NCBI GenBank assembly: GCA_965649765.1
Contig: OZ287756.1
Location: 744,001-808,000 of the forward strand
Direction of reading: 5' to 3'
Length of the DNA stretch: 64,000 bases
Source: Bispira polyomma
Taxonomy: Eukaryota
This document shows, in pieces, positions 60,870 through 64,000 of this stretch (its first letter is position 1; the number at the start of each line of letters is the position of its first letter). The notes under the pieces were generated by a model. It was not told where the DNA came from, ran no database searches, and saw only the letters and a program-made list of their open reading frames with translations. The position numbers were made by a program, and so were the translations under genes.

Positions 60870-63800
60870 ATTGTCGGTTGGTTGTGGGATGTTTGGTATC
60901 ACATACTAACAATGTATACTAAATTAAAAGTATTATTCATTTATCTGTTTCTAATTCTAAAATACTTGTAACTAATAACTAATGTAACTCTTACCATTTT
61001 AAAAATAAAGTCATATTTAGTTAGACTTTTAAGGGAGCCCTTAGATTTTAGTGTTACTGGTCAGGATAACTTAAATCATAAAGTTACTGTTAATATAGTA
61101 GACTACCCCATTAGTCCTTCCTTATTAAACATGTTACCCCAATATAAAATAGGTGATGCATGGTATAAACATAAGTGACATATCTGTGTAATTGCAAGTT
61201 GGTGACTTTCACACAAATGAGCTGGTAAGATATATTCATTACAATTTGAGTAAGGCACACTAGCCAGAGTGGATCTATTCTCGCAAACAATGAGGCTGTG
61301 GCTGAATACAGTTTACAGATCACATTCTTGCTGCAAGAATGTGTGTTGTTGGTATTGATATTACTAAATGTTAATGTACAATCATGTGATCACAAAATAA
61401 TTAAAACACAAAGACATGCAACAACTATAATAACAATAAAATGCTGTCATTATGTGCAATGTCAGAAAACTATGTGATAAATATATTTAATAATTTTAGT
61501 TTATTTCATACTAAATCTAATCTAATTTTTATAGTGCTTATCTCTGTTCTAGTGGATTCTGAGAGCCATGAGTCGGGAAACTCATCTTCATTATTTAAGA
61601 TAGCCATTGAACGTACAGTGGTCATGACAGTAGAGACGCCGGAAATGGTAAGCTTGTTGAGCTTCTGTCTAAAGCAGGTAAGGGAAGAGGCAGAGCGAAT
61701 ATCATGGGGCAGGTCATTTCAGAGCTTACCAGTAAATTTACGAAAGAATACAGAGGAAAGTGGTTGACAAGAAATAAAACTTTAAGTATAAAATACTTGC
61801 CCCACACATACATCTATTTTATTACCAAACTCGAGACAATGAAAACAGTTCAATCTGTGTTATATAGATGTTGTTGCCATATAATTAAACATATTCATAG
61901 AACCAAGTTTAAATAAAGCATGTCTGTTATTTTTTCTGTAAATTTGTATTGTGATCTGATTAAAACATATTGAACATCAAAGAAATCCAGCAACTGAAAT
62001 CAATATACAGCTTAACAAGGATTACTTTTATACTAGTAGGTATCTCCACTGTAAAGGGCCACCTCTATTCTTCTATCATTTGACACAGAACATACTTTTT
62101 AAAGCACATTCTTTGTATTTTGTTGCAGACATTACACCAATTCAATATGAAATGAAAACCTCAGTAAAAATCCCTTCTTCCATTAGCACTGGGTTTAGAA
62201 AGATATCAAGAAAAATGGAAATTAAAGGGATTTTTTACGTGTCTAGCAAAAGGCTTGTGTTCAGTAATATAAATTTGCCCTTATATCACAGGAAACTTAG
62301 GGTCTGCACCAATGCATACATTATTACAATAACATGAAAATGATATTTCAACAACTACATGTATGAGATATAAGAAGTAAATCTTTATTTGCAAAGATTT
62401 TGGCACTTTTTCAATAAATTTCATCAATATATAACATCGCAACTAAATTAGATTAAATTAAAAAATTAAAATTAAATTAAAAAATAAACGATTGAGCTAC
62501 AACTTACAGTGATTAGTTAAAACAACAGACAGTTTCACAAAACTTTAAGGTTAGTGAGTGTGTACTAATCTAACTTTTTATTGGCAATAAAAACAAAACA
62601 TATTTTTGTTGAATTTGATTTTTTACTTCACTGTGTAATACACATGCTAAAAGGCGTTACACAACTTTAGTACTAAGTGTTGCATTAAAATTTATGAAAC
62701 CATTAACCTGAGTCACCAGTTTAAATATCTACAAGAATAGTTCATAAAAAGTGTTATCTGTCTTCAAAATGTGACTTTGCTACTTTCTATATTTTTCTAC
62801 ATTTCTATAAATTGGGTATGATATTTCCTACATTGCTGAGCTTTTCACTGATGGCTCTTTGATTGCATGATTATATGAGTATTTGAAAGACATTTTGTCA
62901 TTTTTGTATCAGGTTTTTATTTATAAAACCAAACCTGTTTCTTTCACATGAGGTTCACCAACGTCTTTCAAAGTGTGACCCAAATACATAATATCACCCC
63001 CTCCCCACCCACTTCCCCCTAAACCACCCCCAATCAAAAACCCCCAAAATCACTAATATTACTCAGAGTCCAAACCACTTGCTTTGTCTTGTCACTGAAA
63101 ATTAATCAGTCTAGTAAAAATATGCATTGGTTTACAGGACAGAGAGCCCTTAAGCTACACTTTTCAGCAGACAGTTATACTATTGTACACTTTATAACTG
63201 TACAGCTAATTTGTCTTACTTAACACATCTCAGAATGTGTCAGCATTTTAGTTGGTGATGTTATGTGGGTAACAAATTTACAATAATATTGTGTACTGCT
63301 TGAATGCATTAAAATACTTTGATATGCTTTAAAAAGTGGCAACTAACCTAGGCTTTGATGTTGTTATTCAGAGATAAACACATGTTGTCTAGTAGAGTAG
63401 AAGTGACAAATGTAAGCTTAAAAGATTAATGATTTGCAGGCTTGTATTCAGCAAAACTTTAGGTGCTGACTCTGGACCAGCTGTGGCGGTATTCACAAAA
63501 ATGGATTCAGATCAAATTGATATTCACATGGCGGCAAGAATGTGCTTGAATGGCATCCATATGAATTAAGCTTGAACTACGTTTTAGGAAAAAATAAAAT
63601 AATTTTAGTTTTATGATTTTATATTAATTTGTGTCAGAGTAATTAGGCTAATGCATCGAACCAGTATGAAATTGACAAATAGTTGTTTATTCTCTTTAAC
63701 AGAGTTACTGTTTTAGTTTTTAAAGCTGTAACTTTCTTACTCATGCTAAAAATAGATAATAAAACTACAACATTTCGCTTGCAATGTTAGGTATTATGGT

Positions 63801-64000
63801 TACAGCAATTTCAGTATGAGCCATTTTTTAATGCACACTTGAAATAAACTACACAAATGTGGATTTGGTAATTTTGAATTTAAAGCACAAATAATAAAAA
63901 AAATGGTTTATTATGTACTAATCAAATGCCAAATACTGTCCAAATCCACATATATTTAATTAAACAAATGTAACATCACAGGACAAGAAATACATAAAAC
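60870..64000 (+). repeat. Older segmental duplicate of ~52760-58900
   Basis: 60930-61520 matches 53345-53882, 61820-62835 matches 55663-56350, and 63968-64000 matches 58866-58895. Confidence 0.85.
61515..61800 (-). mobile_element. L2 LINE 3' fragment with (ATTAG)n tail
   Basis: Minus strand reads GKL*NDLPHDIRSASSLTCFRQKL, then ...gcactataaaaattagattagattt. Confidence 0.7.

Overview
AT-rich eukaryotic DNA, probably from an invertebrate animal (mollusc-like repeat landscape; this is inference). I found no intact host gene. The window has four layers. (1) Four copies of a decayed, unidentified multi-exon gene lie in a tandem array on the minus strand (about 15.5-44.2 kb), with splice signals still visible. 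(2) Four copies of a tyrosine-recombinase (Ngaro/DIRS-like) retrotransposon group are present. The best-preserved copy (about 32.1-37.7 kb, minus) carries gag, RT/RNase H and YR. It also has a slippery heptamer plus stem-loop that looks like a -1 ribosomal frameshift joining gag to pol. These copies share a 5' terminal motif and 3' palindromes, but I could not see ITRs or split direct repeats. (3) There are L2/CR1 LINEs (two with degenerate 2A-like motifs), a Tx1/L1 LINE, a solo LTR with heat-shock-element-like sites, a SINE and MITEs. (4) Nested tandem segmental duplications occupy 44-64 kb, alongside several minisatellites including a 38-bp x ~44 array. All translations and alignments were done by eye, and coordinates of decayed elements are approximate.
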